IMG/VR virus record: IMGVR_UViG_3300024322_000001 | Direction: 5' to 3' (one strand) | DNA length: 64,000 nucleotides | From: a virus | Taxonomy: Duplodnaviria; Caudoviricetes | Shown: in pieces, positions 28,685-38,387 of the stretch | How positions within the stretch are numbered: position 1 is the first letter of the stretch | How the letters are laid out: each line of letters starts with the position of its first letter | The notes under the pieces: model-generated | The model's input: only the letters and a program-made list of their open reading frames with translations | Databases searched by the model: none | What the model was told of the DNA's origin: nothing | Program-made: the position numbers and the translations under genes

Positions 28685-28838
28685 TACAGTTATCTTTGTG
28701 TTTAAACCAACCACCGCACTTACACTTAACCCAGTATATTGCTGGAGTTATAAAAGGCATAGAAGCAAAGGCAGTCCATATATTAGGATGCCAATGCTCT
28801 CCACAAATACCTAAAGCATGTTTAATTACTTCTATCAT
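28674..28838 (-). CDS. small His/Cys membrane peptide (54 aa, not in ORF track)
   Basis: MIEVIKHALGICGEHWHPNIW...; fills the gap on the coding strand. Confidence 0.6.
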   Translation of the reverse strand: MIEVIKHALGICGEHWHPNIWTAFASMPFITPAIYWVKCKCGGWFKHKDNCNES

Positions 28839-29681
28839 TTATACTAAAGCTGTTGCTAGCTTAAACAATTCTTTATTCACTTTAAGATCTTTCTCGAAAG
28901 ATTTAATCTTTCTAACCTTTCTAACTTTAGCTCCAGTTAAAGCAGCATGAAAGTCTCCTTGAGTAATCTTCTCTTGAACTACGTTAAAGACTCTCCAAAG
29001 ATCATCTCCTTCGTCTTCCTTACGTTTAGGATCTAAGATATCGATAATAGTTTCATCATCGTAGTTAAACTTCTTAGCCTTTTCAGAACCAGGCTCGATA
29101 CCAGCTCTAATTAACATGGCATCTAAAGCAAGTTTATTCTTTTCTTCTGAAGTTAAAACTCTTTTCTTCATTTGATTAAGAACTTCTACTTTATTAGGAA
29201 GATCAGCAACTGCTTGATTAACTACACCTCTCAATTCATCGAAAGTATATCCTTTATGCTTAATTTTAAAGTCGCTAAATTGCTCATCAGCAACAACTAA
29301 ACCGTTAGAACAAACTAATCTGAAGATACCAACGCTAAACTTAAACGCTTGCATACCATCATGAGAGTTAGTCATGATAATTCTAGGAAAAGAATCATCT
29401 CCATCTGAACCTTTAATCTTTAAATCAGGATTCTGAAAAGCAATCATGTGCTTACTAAAGATAGTAGACTTTCCTCTACCTTTACGTTGAGCTGCTTGAA
29501 CAGGTTTCCAACCTAATTTATCTAAATCGTCAATAATCGTTTCCGTATTAACGAATAAGTACTTACCACTAACTTTAGGATTAGTAGCTTCTTTTGCGAA
29601 TGCCAACGGGCATACTTCTTTGAGCTGATCCTTATCCATATAAGTCTGCTCACCTTGAAAATTTAACATTACATCTGACAT
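28839..29681 (-). CDS. DUF932 (DUF945-like) protein
   Basis: S.KY..V.T..IID.L...GW, KHM, NSHDG, G.FRLVCSNGL, H, DLWRVFNVVQE. Confidence 0.9.
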   Translation of the reverse strand: MSDVMLNFQGEQTYMDKDQLKEVCPLAFAKEATNPKVSGKYLFVNTETIIDDLDKLGWKPVQAAQRKGRGKSTIFSKHMIAFQNPDLKIKGSDGDDSFPRIIMTNSHDGMQAFKFSVGIFRLVCSNGLVVADEQFSDFKIKHKGYTFDELRGVVNQAVADLPNKVEVLNQMKKRVLTSEEKNKLALDAMLIRAGIEPGSEKAKKFNYDDETIIDILDPKRKEDEGDDLWRVFNVVQEKITQGDFHAALTGAKVRKVRKIKSFEKDLKVNKELFKLATALV

Positions 29682-29759
29682 ATTTATAACCTTTTAATAA
29701 TTAATATACTTAAATATACGAACTTTATCTTTGTAAACCAACTGATTTACTAATTATTT

Positions 29760-29948
29760 TTAAGAATAAATTATAAATCTTTCTTGTGTGTTGGTATTTT
29801 GTAGTTTTCTTTCTATAGTCCTACCTCTAGGCTTCTTTGATAACCTTTCAAATTTGTACCCATCGATGTTGATATGCTGGCCATCGATAATAAAGTCTGC
29901 TACACGTGCATTGACTTTAGTTGCTCTAATAAAATAACTTTCATTCAT
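29760..29948 (-). CDS. hypothetical protein
   Basis: 62 aa, operonic. Confidence 0.55.
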   Translation of the reverse strand: MNESYFIRATKVNARVADFIIDGQHINIDGYKFERLSKKPRGRTIERKLQNTNTQERFIIYS

Positions 29949-29962
29949 AATATAACTGATTT

Positions 29963-30151
29963 TTAATTAATAATTTCTGCGTCTTTAACAAATCTTACAA
30001 GTAAATACTTCCCTTGATATTTTAAGACATGATCGCAGTGATTCATATCTCGCCATGCTTTTAAACCTTCCATATTGTTACCAACTTGCTCTATATTAAT
30101 TTGTCTAACTAGTTGATAATATTCTCCATTTAGGTTTATTAGTTTTACCAT
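29963..30151 (-). CDS. hypothetical protein
   Basis: 62 aa, CDHVLK motif. Confidence 0.65.
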   Translation of the reverse strand: MVKLINLNGEYYQLVRQINIEQVGNNMEGLKAWRDMNHCDHVLKYQGKYLLVRFVKDAEIIN

Positions 30152-30441
30152 ACCTTAGCTGCTTCTAAAAGTTTCCAGGTGTCAATACATTCATCCCCCA
30201 TATCGTGTTTATGAAACATATCTAAACATGACTGCAGAGCAGTAGACCATTGAGCTTGTGGAAGAGTTATTTCATAGACCATCTCTACACCCTCAAATGA
30301 AATCTCAAATAAATCTGCGGATTTTTTGTTGTCCTGCATTGCGTTAGATATACCTTCTACTATATGTTCTGTAACTGTAATAGTCTTATTTCTAAATAAG
30401 TCTTCAAATTCTTCTGTGTTCTTTAAATGTAATTTAACCAT
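30145..30441 (-). CDS. hypothetical protein
   Basis: 98 aa, degenerate UvrB/C-like tail. Confidence 0.65.
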   Translation of the reverse strand: MVKLHLKNTEEFEDLFRNKTITVTEHIVEGISNAMQDNKKSADLFEISFEGVEMVYEITLPQAQWSTALQSCLDMFHKHDMGDECIDTWKLLEAAKVW

Positions 30442-30755
30442 TAGCCTCTATTTTCAGATATTTTTCTAGTTTGATTCCATAGCTTACCCGTATATAGTGA
30501 GCCTGAATTTGTATAGTTCATTTCCTTATTTGAACCAAACATATATACCGGTCCCCAGTATTCATACGTTTCCATAGGTACCTCAACATTCCCTAGTTCT
30601 GCATAGGTAGGTTCGGTAATTCTTCTCAATCCATCGAAGGATCTAAACTCACGACCAGTTACTCTAGTCCAAGTTTCATTTATGTATATTTCTAATACAC
30701 CTGCGGTATTGAAATCATACCTAAGTTTTTCTGTTGCTCCTCTTTTTTCTGCCAT
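30441..30755 (-). CDS. conserved phage hypothetical protein
   Basis: W.RVT.REFRSF.G.RRI motif. Confidence 0.75.
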   Translation of the reverse strand: MAEKRGATEKLRYDFNTAGVLEIYINETWTRVTGREFRSFDGLRRITEPTYAELGNVEVPMETYEYWGPVYMFGSNKEMNYTNSGSLYTGKLWNQTRKISENRG

Positions 30756-30973
30756 TACCTTTCTAAAATTACAAATGAACCAAAATTCTCATCAAATACT
30801 TGGAGTAAGTTTTCATAGTCTCCTGACATCATATTACTAATTATTTCTTCACCATCTAAGCCAAGCTCTCTAGCAAATCGTTTAGCATAAGCCATCAAAG
30901 CATAAGCGTTACCGTCGGGACCAGTAAGGTCTATAATGATAGGACCGGTTTTAGCTTCTTTTTTTCTAATCAT
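30755..30973 (-). CDS. conserved phage small protein
   Basis: DLTGPDGNAYALM...M.SGDYENL. Confidence 0.8.
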   Translation of the reverse strand: MIRKKEAKTGPIIIDLTGPDGNAYALMAYAKRFARELGLDGEEIISNMMSGDYENLLQVFDENFGSFVILER

Positions 30974-31007
30974 AACCTTTATTATTTATACTAAATATAC
31001 GAAAAAA

Positions 31008-31598
31008 TTAGTTAAGATCCAACTGATATCCGCTAAAGTTATCTAAATAAGAAGTCATCGAGGTACCAAATCCATCTTTAAATTCTCTTCCTCTTTTAAA
31101 GAATTTTTTTACATTACCTTGACCGGCTAAATGTGCTGCTGCTAATATTCCAGATTCAGTAATATAAATGTCTTTGAATTCTCTTCCGCAATACTCATCT
31201 ATTATTTTTTTTAGTTTTTTCTTATTATGTTCTAATAGAGCTTGCATAGCTTTTTCTTGTATGTAAGGACTATTTAAAAATTCATCTTGAGTAATTTTAA
31301 ATCCTAATCCTTTTAAAGTAGATTTACCAAATTGGTATCTACCCATGTACCCGTATTTGTTTACAATGTTATACCTGTTGCCAGATTCTCTATGACCAAT
31401 TGCTTCTAAAAAATCTTTGTGGGTATTAGCTGGTAATTCTATTTCAACTAATTCTATTTTTGGTTCTATTGGCAATAATTCTGCCGGCTTCATGGCAATT
31501 TCTAATGGAGCCATGTATCTAGTACTGTTGTACGAAGTAAAAGCCATTATTGTAAACATAGCAATAACAGCTAAGGTAATTTTCGATATATTTTTCAT
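31008..31598 (-). CDS. exported lysozyme-like / lytic transglycosylase-fold protein
   Basis: signal anchor; AIG.RES.N.Y..VN..GY.G.YQF, LAAAHL.G. Confidence 0.8.
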   Translation of the reverse strand: MKNISKITLAVIAMFTIMAFTSYNSTRYMAPLEIAMKPAELLPIEPKIELVEIELPANTHKDFLEAIGHRESGNRYNIVNKYGYMGRYQFGKSTLKGLGFKITQDEFLNSPYIQEKAMQALLEHNKKKLKKIIDEYCGREFKDIYITESGILAAAHLAGQGNVKKFFKRGREFKDGFGTSMTSYLDNFSGYQLDLN

Positions 31599-31612
31599 AT
31601 GATTTATTTAGG

Positions 31613-31762
31613 TTAGAAAAGATCTAAAAACGAAGTATTGATCTTCTTGTCGCGTAACTTTTCATTGCGCTCATGTTGCTTTACTAAATCATCAGCAACT
31701 TTTCTCTCTAGAGGCTTCTTCTTTTTGAAGGTAGAAAATTTATTTGTTTTCTTTTTTCCCAT
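31613..31762 (-). CDS. small basic protein (49 aa, not in ORF track)
   Basis: MGKKKTNKF...; late motif 31766-31773. Confidence 0.55.
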   Translation of the reverse strand: MGKKKTNKFSTFKKKKPLERKVADDLVKQHERNEKLRDKKINTSFLDLF

Positions 31763-31776
31763 AATAATAAATAGTT

Positions 31777-32406
31777 CTATAATTTAGAGATATACTCTTC
31801 CCCAGGGGATTCATCGTCATACAGCCCTAATTCTTTTAGGTGTTCAATGTGATGAGAATCCAATTCCCAATCCGGTTCGTCTTTCTTAGTTCTTACGTAG
31901 TCTTCCATTGCCTCTGCTTGTTTCTCATCAATAGGTGAAGCTGCATACAGGTAAGAGCAATTGTAACAGAGAAACTCTAAATTATCTAAATGCCAATTTT
32001 TTTTGTTTCCATCTTTGAAATTTAATATAACTGGTATTTTTTGATCAGTTACTCTTCTTTCTGAAAAACTACAGGAGCTACAAACCTCTACCAACTTTCC
32101 TTCACTTAGAAGTCTAGCTTTTATCTTTCTAGGATCGAAATGCTCTATTGGAACTCTACCTTCTAATACATCCATAAGAGGAATATTATCAATACCGGCT
32201 ACAGCAAACTTTGGTATGCCTTCACCAGCTTGGTTCTTATGTACTTCGAGCAAAGTAATTCCATCATCATTCTTATACATCTTAGCATACTTCTTATAGT
32301 GATTATAAGAAACGTGTAGATATCTGGCTGCTGCCATATTAGAACGAGTAACTTTTTGTGCTCGAAGTATATCCTCTTTAGTAAGTATTTTAGAAGGTCG
32401 GGCCAT
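31777..32406 (-). CDS. HTH plus HNH-like nuclease domain protein
   Basis: S..AAARYL.VSY HTH; C..C...DGN..NW.L.NL..LCYNC. Confidence 0.8.
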   Translation of the reverse strand: MARPSKILTKEDILRAQKVTRSNMAAARYLHVSYNHYKKYAKMYKNDDGITLLEVHKNQAGEGIPKFAVAGIDNIPLMDVLEGRVPIEHFDPRKIKARLLSEGKLVEVCSSCSFSERRVTDQKIPVILNFKDGNKKNWHLDNLEFLCYNCSYLYAASPIDEKQAEAMEDYVRTKKDEPDWELDSHHIEHLKELGLYDDESPGEEYISKL

Positions 32407-32749
32407 CCGGGTCGTATTCGTCAGGTGCTAATGCATTATCTACAGCTTCTTTCATAGATTGAGAGACTGCCATCTCATCTTTCTCTAAATCTAGTAGCTC
32501 AATAAGTGCTTGCTTATCACCTTTCAATTCAGCTTCTTTAGCAGCAATACTTCTGTACTGGTCTGCATCCATAATGATCAAGTCATTATAGGTATGATCT
32601 CCTGAACCTTCTACTGTAGTAACTGCGACTTTCTTTTTAACATCAGAACAATCAACACAGTAGTTGTATCCGTACTTAGTTAATCTTAGTTCTGGAAAGT
32701 CCGTACCACATTGAGGGCAAGGAATCATCTTTAGGTTTTGTGTATTCAT
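32390..32749 (-). CDS. DksA/TraR-like C4 zinc-finger protein
   Basis: C..C....PELRL..YGY..CV.CS. Confidence 0.7.
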   Translation of the reverse strand: MNTQNLKMIPCPQCGTDFPELRLTKYGYNYCVDCSDVKKKVAVTTVEGSGDHTYNDLIIMDADQYRSIAAKEAELKGDKQALIELLDLEKDEMAVSQSMKEAVDNALAPDEYDPDGPTF

Positions 32750-32807
32750 ATATAACTTATTTTAAGCTTAAAGATACGAAAAAATATATTAAGAAGCAAC
32801 TTATTTG

Positions 32808-33221
32808 TTACTTATCTAATGTTTTTAATACATCCCAAACATCTTGAGCAGTTTCAAAATTTACTACTTTTTCTCCTTTGCTTTTTGTCTCAATTGTAAT
32901 TGTACCATCCCAGTCTTTATCGGGTACTAATTGATATAGGTACATTTGTATTAAAGCAAGCTGTTCTTTAGAAAAGGTCATTTTGAATAGATCTTCTATA
33001 ATAGAGAAGAACTGGTCTTCGTAAGCAGTCATATCCATTCCTATTTCGTCTAGGAGAAAGTCTCTCCTATCTTCTATTTTCTTTAAGTTATTAATAACTC
33101 TTACAAATATCATTTTATTCATATGCTCACGAGATGGTTCCTTATATTTAATTCTAAAAGGAATAGGGTGTACAGAATGTAGAATTTGTCTTATTCTCTT
33201 TTTAGGGTCGGCGCTTGTCAT
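32808..33221 (-). CDS. hypothetical protein
   Basis: 137 aa, operonic. Confidence 0.7.
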   Translation of the reverse strand: MTSADPKKRIRQILHSVHPIPFRIKYKEPSREHMNKMIFVRVINNLKKIEDRRDFLLDEIGMDMTAYEDQFFSIIEDLFKMTFSKEQLALIQMYLYQLVPDKDWDGTITIETKSKGEKVVNFETAQDVWDVLKTLDK

Positions 33222-33400
33222 ACTCTTCTACTTTAAACAATTTATTAAATTCTTCTAACGATAACTTTTTATGACGAGCAAAGGTTGTTTTTGCAATTGA
33301 TTTTGATGCAAATTTACCTTTGTTAATACTTTCTTTATTCTTATCTGTTCTGATGAAAAAGAAATACTCTGACATATATGTTTTTAGTTTTAAAGTTAAT

Positions 33401-33757
33401 TTATTGTTTTTCTATAGACGGGTTCTGATTTGAAAGAGCTTTTCTAATAATTTTATCAAAGTATTCAATATAGATAAAAAAGCCTATGATAGTTTTATCC
33501 TTAAGGTTACGATCTCTTTCTACTCTAAGTTCGTATTTGCTTAATCCTGCTTCAAGTCTTTTTTCTAGCTCTATCGCTATATCGTTCTGTTCGGTTGTTG
33601 TAATTGAACCAAACTTAGTAGGAAGGAACTGTACCTTGACTCCTTTCTTCTGAGGATCTTCGTTTGTATCAATTTTTAAAACAAAAGTATGACCTGCAAA
33701 GTTTATTTTAGCAGCTTCGTTTAATATACTTTTAATAGCTTCTTCTAATTTCTTCAT
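33401..33757 (-). CDS. hypothetical late protein
   Basis: 118 aa; late motif 33773-33780. Confidence 0.7.
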   Translation of the reverse strand: MKKLEEAIKSILNEAAKINFAGHTFVLKIDTNEDPQKKGVKVQFLPTKFGSITTTEQNDIAIELEKRLEAGLSKYELRVERDRNLKDKTIIGFFIYIEYFDKIIRKALSNQNPSIEKQ

Positions 33758-33780
33758 TTGAATAGTGTTTTATATAAATA

Positions 33781-33960
33781 TCAACCAAATAGCATTTGTT
33801 TACTATTACTGGTGCCTTCGTTTAAAATTTGATGTCCAACGATTTTTCTATTCCTAGAATACTGTTCAATTGACCATTCTATGTTGTCTGATGTAAGGCT
33901 TACTTCTTCTTTTTGTCCGTCAAAATAAGTAAACTCAATTAAGTATGTTTTCTTCTTCAT
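33781..33960 (-). CDS. small hypothetical protein (59 aa, not in ORF track)
   Basis: MKKKTYLIEF...WSIEQYSRNR. Confidence 0.6.
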   Translation of the reverse strand: MKKKTYLIEFTYFDGQKEEVSLTSDNIEWSIEQYSRNRKIVGHQILNEGTSNSKQMLFG

Positions 33961-35074
33961 ATTTTATAATTTCTATTGTTAAGTTGCCTAAATTAAATTT
34001 ACCAGCTGTGGGTTTATTGTGATTTAAAATAGCACTCAATTGTCTAATATAAATATAATCCTGAGTTGTAAACGTTTCACCGTTTATTTCTATTAATATA
34101 TGATTATTTTTTGGATTATCCAACGGTTTAATACGATCATTTAGATTTAACACCGTTCTTTCTTGCTCTTCAGCAAGATATAGTTTATAATTTATATCAA
34201 CATAACATGTATCCGCCCAAGGTTCCAATTGAGTTAATAAATTATCGTTACAGTTTTTAATTATAAAGCCTTTATCGTACTTAGGATTAATAGTAGGATA
34301 CTGATATTCGTCGTTAAGTATCCAATCACCCCATTTTCTAATAAACTCTCTTTCGCATCTCGACATTATATCTCTATAGTCAGGATTTTCTATTCCTACT
34401 CCTTTATTCCATTTATGACCTCTACATGTCATATGGTAACAGAGGGCATCTCTAGATTGAACCATTTCATATCCATGATTTATCCACCTATTAAAAATAT
34501 CAGAATCTTCATAACCGTAGGGAGCAAACCTTTGATCGTGTCCACCAATTGATAAATGATCTTCCTTATACAGTATCCAGGGAGCAAAAATACCTCTTGA
34601 GGTACTGTCTTTCTCCTTTAGAGACTCTTCTCTAGTGAATGTTTCGAATGCATCCCACATAAATTTATGAGCATCATCTCCAAAATCTCTAACTATTTTT
34701 TCTTTTCCAGCTGGATGTATTGGAGGCTCTATTCTAGTAGCACACACTACTTTTCCTCTCTCTAAATGCTTTAACATATTTTCAAAATAGCCTGGACCTA
34801 TAATCATATCAGAATGAAGAATTGATACTACATCTGTCTTAGCTATTCTCATACCTTCATCATACCAGTATGTGTGTCCTTTTCTTTCTCTAGATATTAT
34901 TGCTTGTACATTATCGTCTTTTAATTCTTTCAGTAACCAATTAGCTGTACCATCTTCTGAAGCATCATCGATTATAAGTATATCTACATCCCCACCATAT
35001 CTTCTTAAGCTCTCGTAAGTGTTCTTAAGATGTGGTAGTGTATTATATGAGGGTATTATTACTGTATGTTTCAT
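33935..35074 (-). CDS. glycosyltransferase family 2
   Basis: VIIPSYN, IDDAS.DGT, LHSD, GG.D.RF..YGYEDSD. Confidence 0.9.
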   Translation of the reverse strand: MKHTVIIPSYNTLPHLKNTYESLRRYGGDVDILIIDDASEDGTANWLLKELKDDNVQAIISRERKGHTYWYDEGMRIAKTDVVSILHSDMIIGPGYFENMLKHLERGKVVCATRIEPPIHPAGKEKIVRDFGDDAHKFMWDAFETFTREESLKEKDSTSRGIFAPWILYKEDHLSIGGHDQRFAPYGYEDSDIFNRWINHGYEMVQSRDALCYHMTCRGHKWNKGVGIENPDYRDIMSRCEREFIRKWGDWILNDEYQYPTINPKYDKGFIIKNCNDNLLTQLEPWADTCYVDINYKLYLAEEQERTVLNLNDRIKPLDNPKNNHILIEINGETFTTQDYIYIRQLSAILNHNKPTAGKFNLGNLTIEIIKYEEENILN

Positions 35075-35904
35075 CCTATACCTTTTATCATTCCATATTC
35101 ATCTTTAACAGGTAGTCCTCCCCACTTGTTAAAAAACTTCTGTGCATTAGCTTGCTCAGCTTTTCTTTGTCTTTCTGATGATTGATTATTATTCTCTTCT
35201 AATCTATGAGAACCTCTAGCACCAAAGTGCCAAACGATAGACTTAGTTGGCATGAGAAATTTACCTCCTTCATTTAACATACGAAGGAACAAATCATAAT
35301 CATCCCATGATGTAGGAGCAAATAGAGGATCGTTGCCTCCTATCTCATCCCACCAGCTCTTTTTAACTAGTCCGGAAACTCCTTCACCTTTAGGTATTTC
35401 AAAATCATTCTTTAATGCTATTAACTTAGCATACTCTAATAGCCCTTCTGGTTTAAAGTCTCCGTGGTAAGCTCCAAATGCATCTTTAGGTACAAAATGA
35501 GTACCTGGTCTATCTTGATCGTTAAACATATTAGGTTCTATTCTAAAAGAATTAACCCAAAGCTTATCATTGTTATATTTCTCGTGAACTTTCATCAGTT
35601 CTAAATCCCAATTAGGAGTAACATAGAAGTCTGAGTGTAGGAACATGATATACTCTGTCTTTACTTTCTCAGCACAAAAATTCATTCCTCCTCCTATACC
35701 TTTTGGTTTATCATTCTTATCTATGTAATATTCTAAGCTATACTGAGCAGCATTTTCTTCCAACCATTCATCAGTTCCATCATCACAGTTCTCTGCATGA
35801 ATAATAAAAGGTGCATTTTTCCAATAAGAATGCTGTCTTACTGATTGAATTGCTAATTCAAGATAAGGTAAATTATTATATGTACTAATGCAAAAGGTTA
35901 TCAT
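35071..35904 (-). CDS. glycosyltransferase family 2
   Basis: ISTYN, DDGT, FLHSD, IGG.D..F....DD.DL, VWHFG. Confidence 0.9.
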   Translation of the reverse strand: MITFCISTYNNLPYLELAIQSVRQHSYWKNAPFIIHAENCDDGTDEWLEENAAQYSLEYYIDKNDKPKGIGGGMNFCAEKVKTEYIMFLHSDFYVTPNWDLELMKVHEKYNNDKLWVNSFRIEPNMFNDQDRPGTHFVPKDAFGAYHGDFKPEGLLEYAKLIALKNDFEIPKGEGVSGLVKKSWWDEIGGNDPLFAPTSWDDYDLFLRMLNEGGKFLMPTKSIVWHFGARGSHRLEENNNQSSERQRKAEQANAQKFFNKWGGLPVKDEYGMIKGIG

Positions 35905-36791
35905 ACTTTTAAATTATATATAAATGAATTCATTGCATGCATACTTTCTGATGCATATTTTTTAAATACTTCATCATTTCTAGTAGCAAATGTTCCTGTT
36001 CTTTTGCTAGGATGTTTATAATTATGTCCTTTTAGTCTACTAACAACACAGACTTGAGGTATCTTTTTCTTCCTAATAAAATATTCAAAGCAAGTATCTT
36101 CTCTAACGAAATGCATTCCCGGAGCTATAAAAGGAGTTTCGAATCCTTTAGAGATGCAAACTGTACTGCCGTCTATTTTCCAAGGAACTTGTTCAAGAAT
36201 TATATCTCCTGATTCATCATTAAATTTATCTAATTGAGTTTGATTAATATAATCTTTATACTTATAAGGCTCTTCTAATAACTCTATACAATCCTCTTTA
36301 TGGTCTGGGGTACATTGACAAGGTTTAGAATAACCTCTAAGTCTTTCATGCGTAACTCCATCCCAGCTGTTATCCCACATTGGCCTTCCTGCAAAAGTAA
36401 GAACGTGTTGCTGTTCAATTTCAACTTTATCTAAAATAGCAAAAAAGTCTCTTGGTAGTATTGTATCTGTCTCACCCCAGACTGTGTATTTAGCTTCTGG
36501 ATCATAAACTTCTCTTCTCCAATCTGCTATATTGTAAAAAGGTTGATTATCAGTTTTAACAGTAACTGAAGTTCTAGGATCTTTAAACAGTGAATGATCT
36601 AAATGCTTAGAAAAGAAGTTATCTACTTTCATTCCTTCGTTAGGTTTCTCAACATATGTTTGCTTATTTAAACATATTTCAACCTTAACATCTGTTTCAG
36701 GAGAAGCTCTTAACGCTGCTAATACAGAATCCCAGCACTCTTGAATCATTGCTGTCTCATACCACATATGGTGTACTTGATATATTATCAT
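35901..36791 (-). CDS. putative GT-A-fold glycosyltransferase
   Basis: WGETD (DxD-like), RED; inside GT cluster. Confidence 0.5.
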   Translation of the reverse strand: MIIYQVHHMWYETAMIQECWDSVLAALRASPETDVKVEICLNKQTYVEKPNEGMKVDNFFSKHLDHSLFKDPRTSVTVKTDNQPFYNIADWRREVYDPEAKYTVWGETDTILPRDFFAILDKVEIEQQHVLTFAGRPMWDNSWDGVTHERLRGYSKPCQCTPDHKEDCIELLEEPYKYKDYINQTQLDKFNDESGDIILEQVPWKIDGSTVCISKGFETPFIAPGMHFVREDTCFEYFIRKKKIPQVCVVSRLKGHNYKHPSKRTGTFATRNDEVFKKYASESMHAMNSFIYNLKV

Positions 36792-37603
36792 GCCCAGTTA
36801 CTTTGTAAAGTTATACCTAAATAATTTTCTTTTATATTCTCCTCTAATCCTAATCCATTACCTTGCTCAAAATCATACATCTCTTTCCAATGATAGAATT
36901 TGAATATACCTGCTGTAGGGTATATGTCTATTGGTTTTGCTGCCATAAGATACTCTCCGTATGTAACAGCTTCTCTCATTGCTATATTATACTCTTGTTG
37001 CATTGCTAATTGAAAAGTTTCAAAGGTAAGATTATTTGGCTCTAAATAATTTTCTTCAAAATGTTTCCATACATCTACAGACCAGTGATATGGAGGAGGA
37101 CCGTAATCCCAAATTTTGTTATGTTGTTCTCCAAAAACACTTCTATATGCTTTTACTGCTTTAACGTATCCGTTTTCACTATAGTTTTTTCCGAATAGTA
37201 TTTTTTCATATTGCTGTACTTCTTTATTTTCATGAACTAAAGAATAGATAGTTCCGGAAGAATGAATAAAATCATTCATATAGAAATCTTTAATAAAGAA
37301 TTGATCTGAGTCGATACATATATAGTTATCAGTATGTACTGCTTTCCATACGTTTGATTTTACTATCTGCTGACTTCTCCAACCGTCCATTTGGTATTTG
37401 AATTGCCATATACTTTCATCAGTAATATATTCATAACCGTCTGTACCTAAAGTATCTCTAAGTAACTTATATTCAGATGACGGAGCAGAGATAAAAAAAG
37501 GAATGTTATCTCTATTATGCTTTTGTACAGACTCTAATAACCTTTTAGCCCTTTGAAAATCTCTTCCAAATGTTTTGCAATATAGTATTAATTTATAGCT
37601 CAT
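36788..37603 (-). CDS. GT-A-like protein (DUF6492-like)
   Basis: GW..QQIVK, Y.CIDSD.FF, YGEY. Confidence 0.7.
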   Translation of the reverse strand: MSYKLILYCKTFGRDFQRAKRLLESVQKHNRDNIPFFISAPSSEYKLLRDTLGTDGYEYITDESIWQFKYQMDGWRSQQIVKSNVWKAVHTDNYICIDSDQFFIKDFYMNDFIHSSGTIYSLVHENKEVQQYEKILFGKNYSENGYVKAVKAYRSVFGEQHNKIWDYGPPPYHWSVDVWKHFEENYLEPNNLTFETFQLAMQQEYNIAMREAVTYGEYLMAAKPIDIYPTAGIFKFYHWKEMYDFEQGNGLGLEENIKENYLGITLQSNWA

Positions 37604-38387
37604 CTAAAGTAATTCTTTCAAACCGATTATCGCCTGGGTTATTATCTGATAATATACGAATTTTTATTCCTTTATCCAAGAAATAATCATACATTTCTTT
37701 CGTACTATCTATCGTCTCTTTTAATTCTTCGTAGTCAGGACCTGCTCCTGCATGAGTTTTGTATAATGATTCTGCATGCTCTTTTACCCAATCCTCATCT
37801 CCTAACTTAAATCCTTTTTTCTTTTCAAATTTAGATAAATCTCCTATATCCCAACCTATCGTGACTATCTCTTTAGCTCCTAAATGCATAGCTAGTCCAA
37901 ATCCGGACTCATACATTATACCTGGACCCCATATTATCTTCCCTTCGCTGTATAATTCAAATTGGTCAAACCTTCTACTATATGCTGTTGTATTGTACAT
38001 ATCTACCCAAGGGGTAGAGTAACAAGGAACTAAAATATCAGCAGGAGATTTCCATTCATTTTTTATTCTATTAATTTCATAAGGCATATTCATAGCCGTT
38101 AGCTGCCAATGCACAATAGTGTCTTCTGAATAGTAATCGTATGGTTGATAGGAATAAGCAGACATCAGATGGAAGGATGCTACTTCTTTAACATAGTCGT
38201 AAGATTGCTTACATGCTAGCACAGTTTTACCTTCTAACTTGCTGAGGAGTTTTTCTCTATCATGAGTAGTTAGAGAAGGTCCGCAAGTGACTAAGTAAAC
38301 AGTTTCATCCTTACATACGTCTTTAAGTAACTTTATTCTTTCGTAACTATCGTTTGTAGATAATATTAAATTCTTAAAGCTTCTCAT
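37593..38387 (-). CDS. Maf/CstII-like putative nonulosonate transferase
   Basis: YLVTCGPSL, A.HLGAKEI..IGWD. Confidence 0.65.
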   Translation of the reverse strand: MRSFKNLILSTNDSYERIKLLKDVCKDETVYLVTCGPSLTTHDREKLLSKLEGKTVLACKQSYDYVKEVASFHLMSAYSYQPYDYYSEDTIVHWQLTAMNMPYEINRIKNEWKSPADILVPCYSTPWVDMYNTTAYSRRFDQFELYSEGKIIWGPGIMYESGFGLAMHLGAKEIVTIGWDIGDLSKFEKKKGFKLGDEDWVKEHAESLYKTHAGAGPDYEELKETIDSTKEMYDYFLDKGIKIRILSDNNPGDNRFERITLDEL

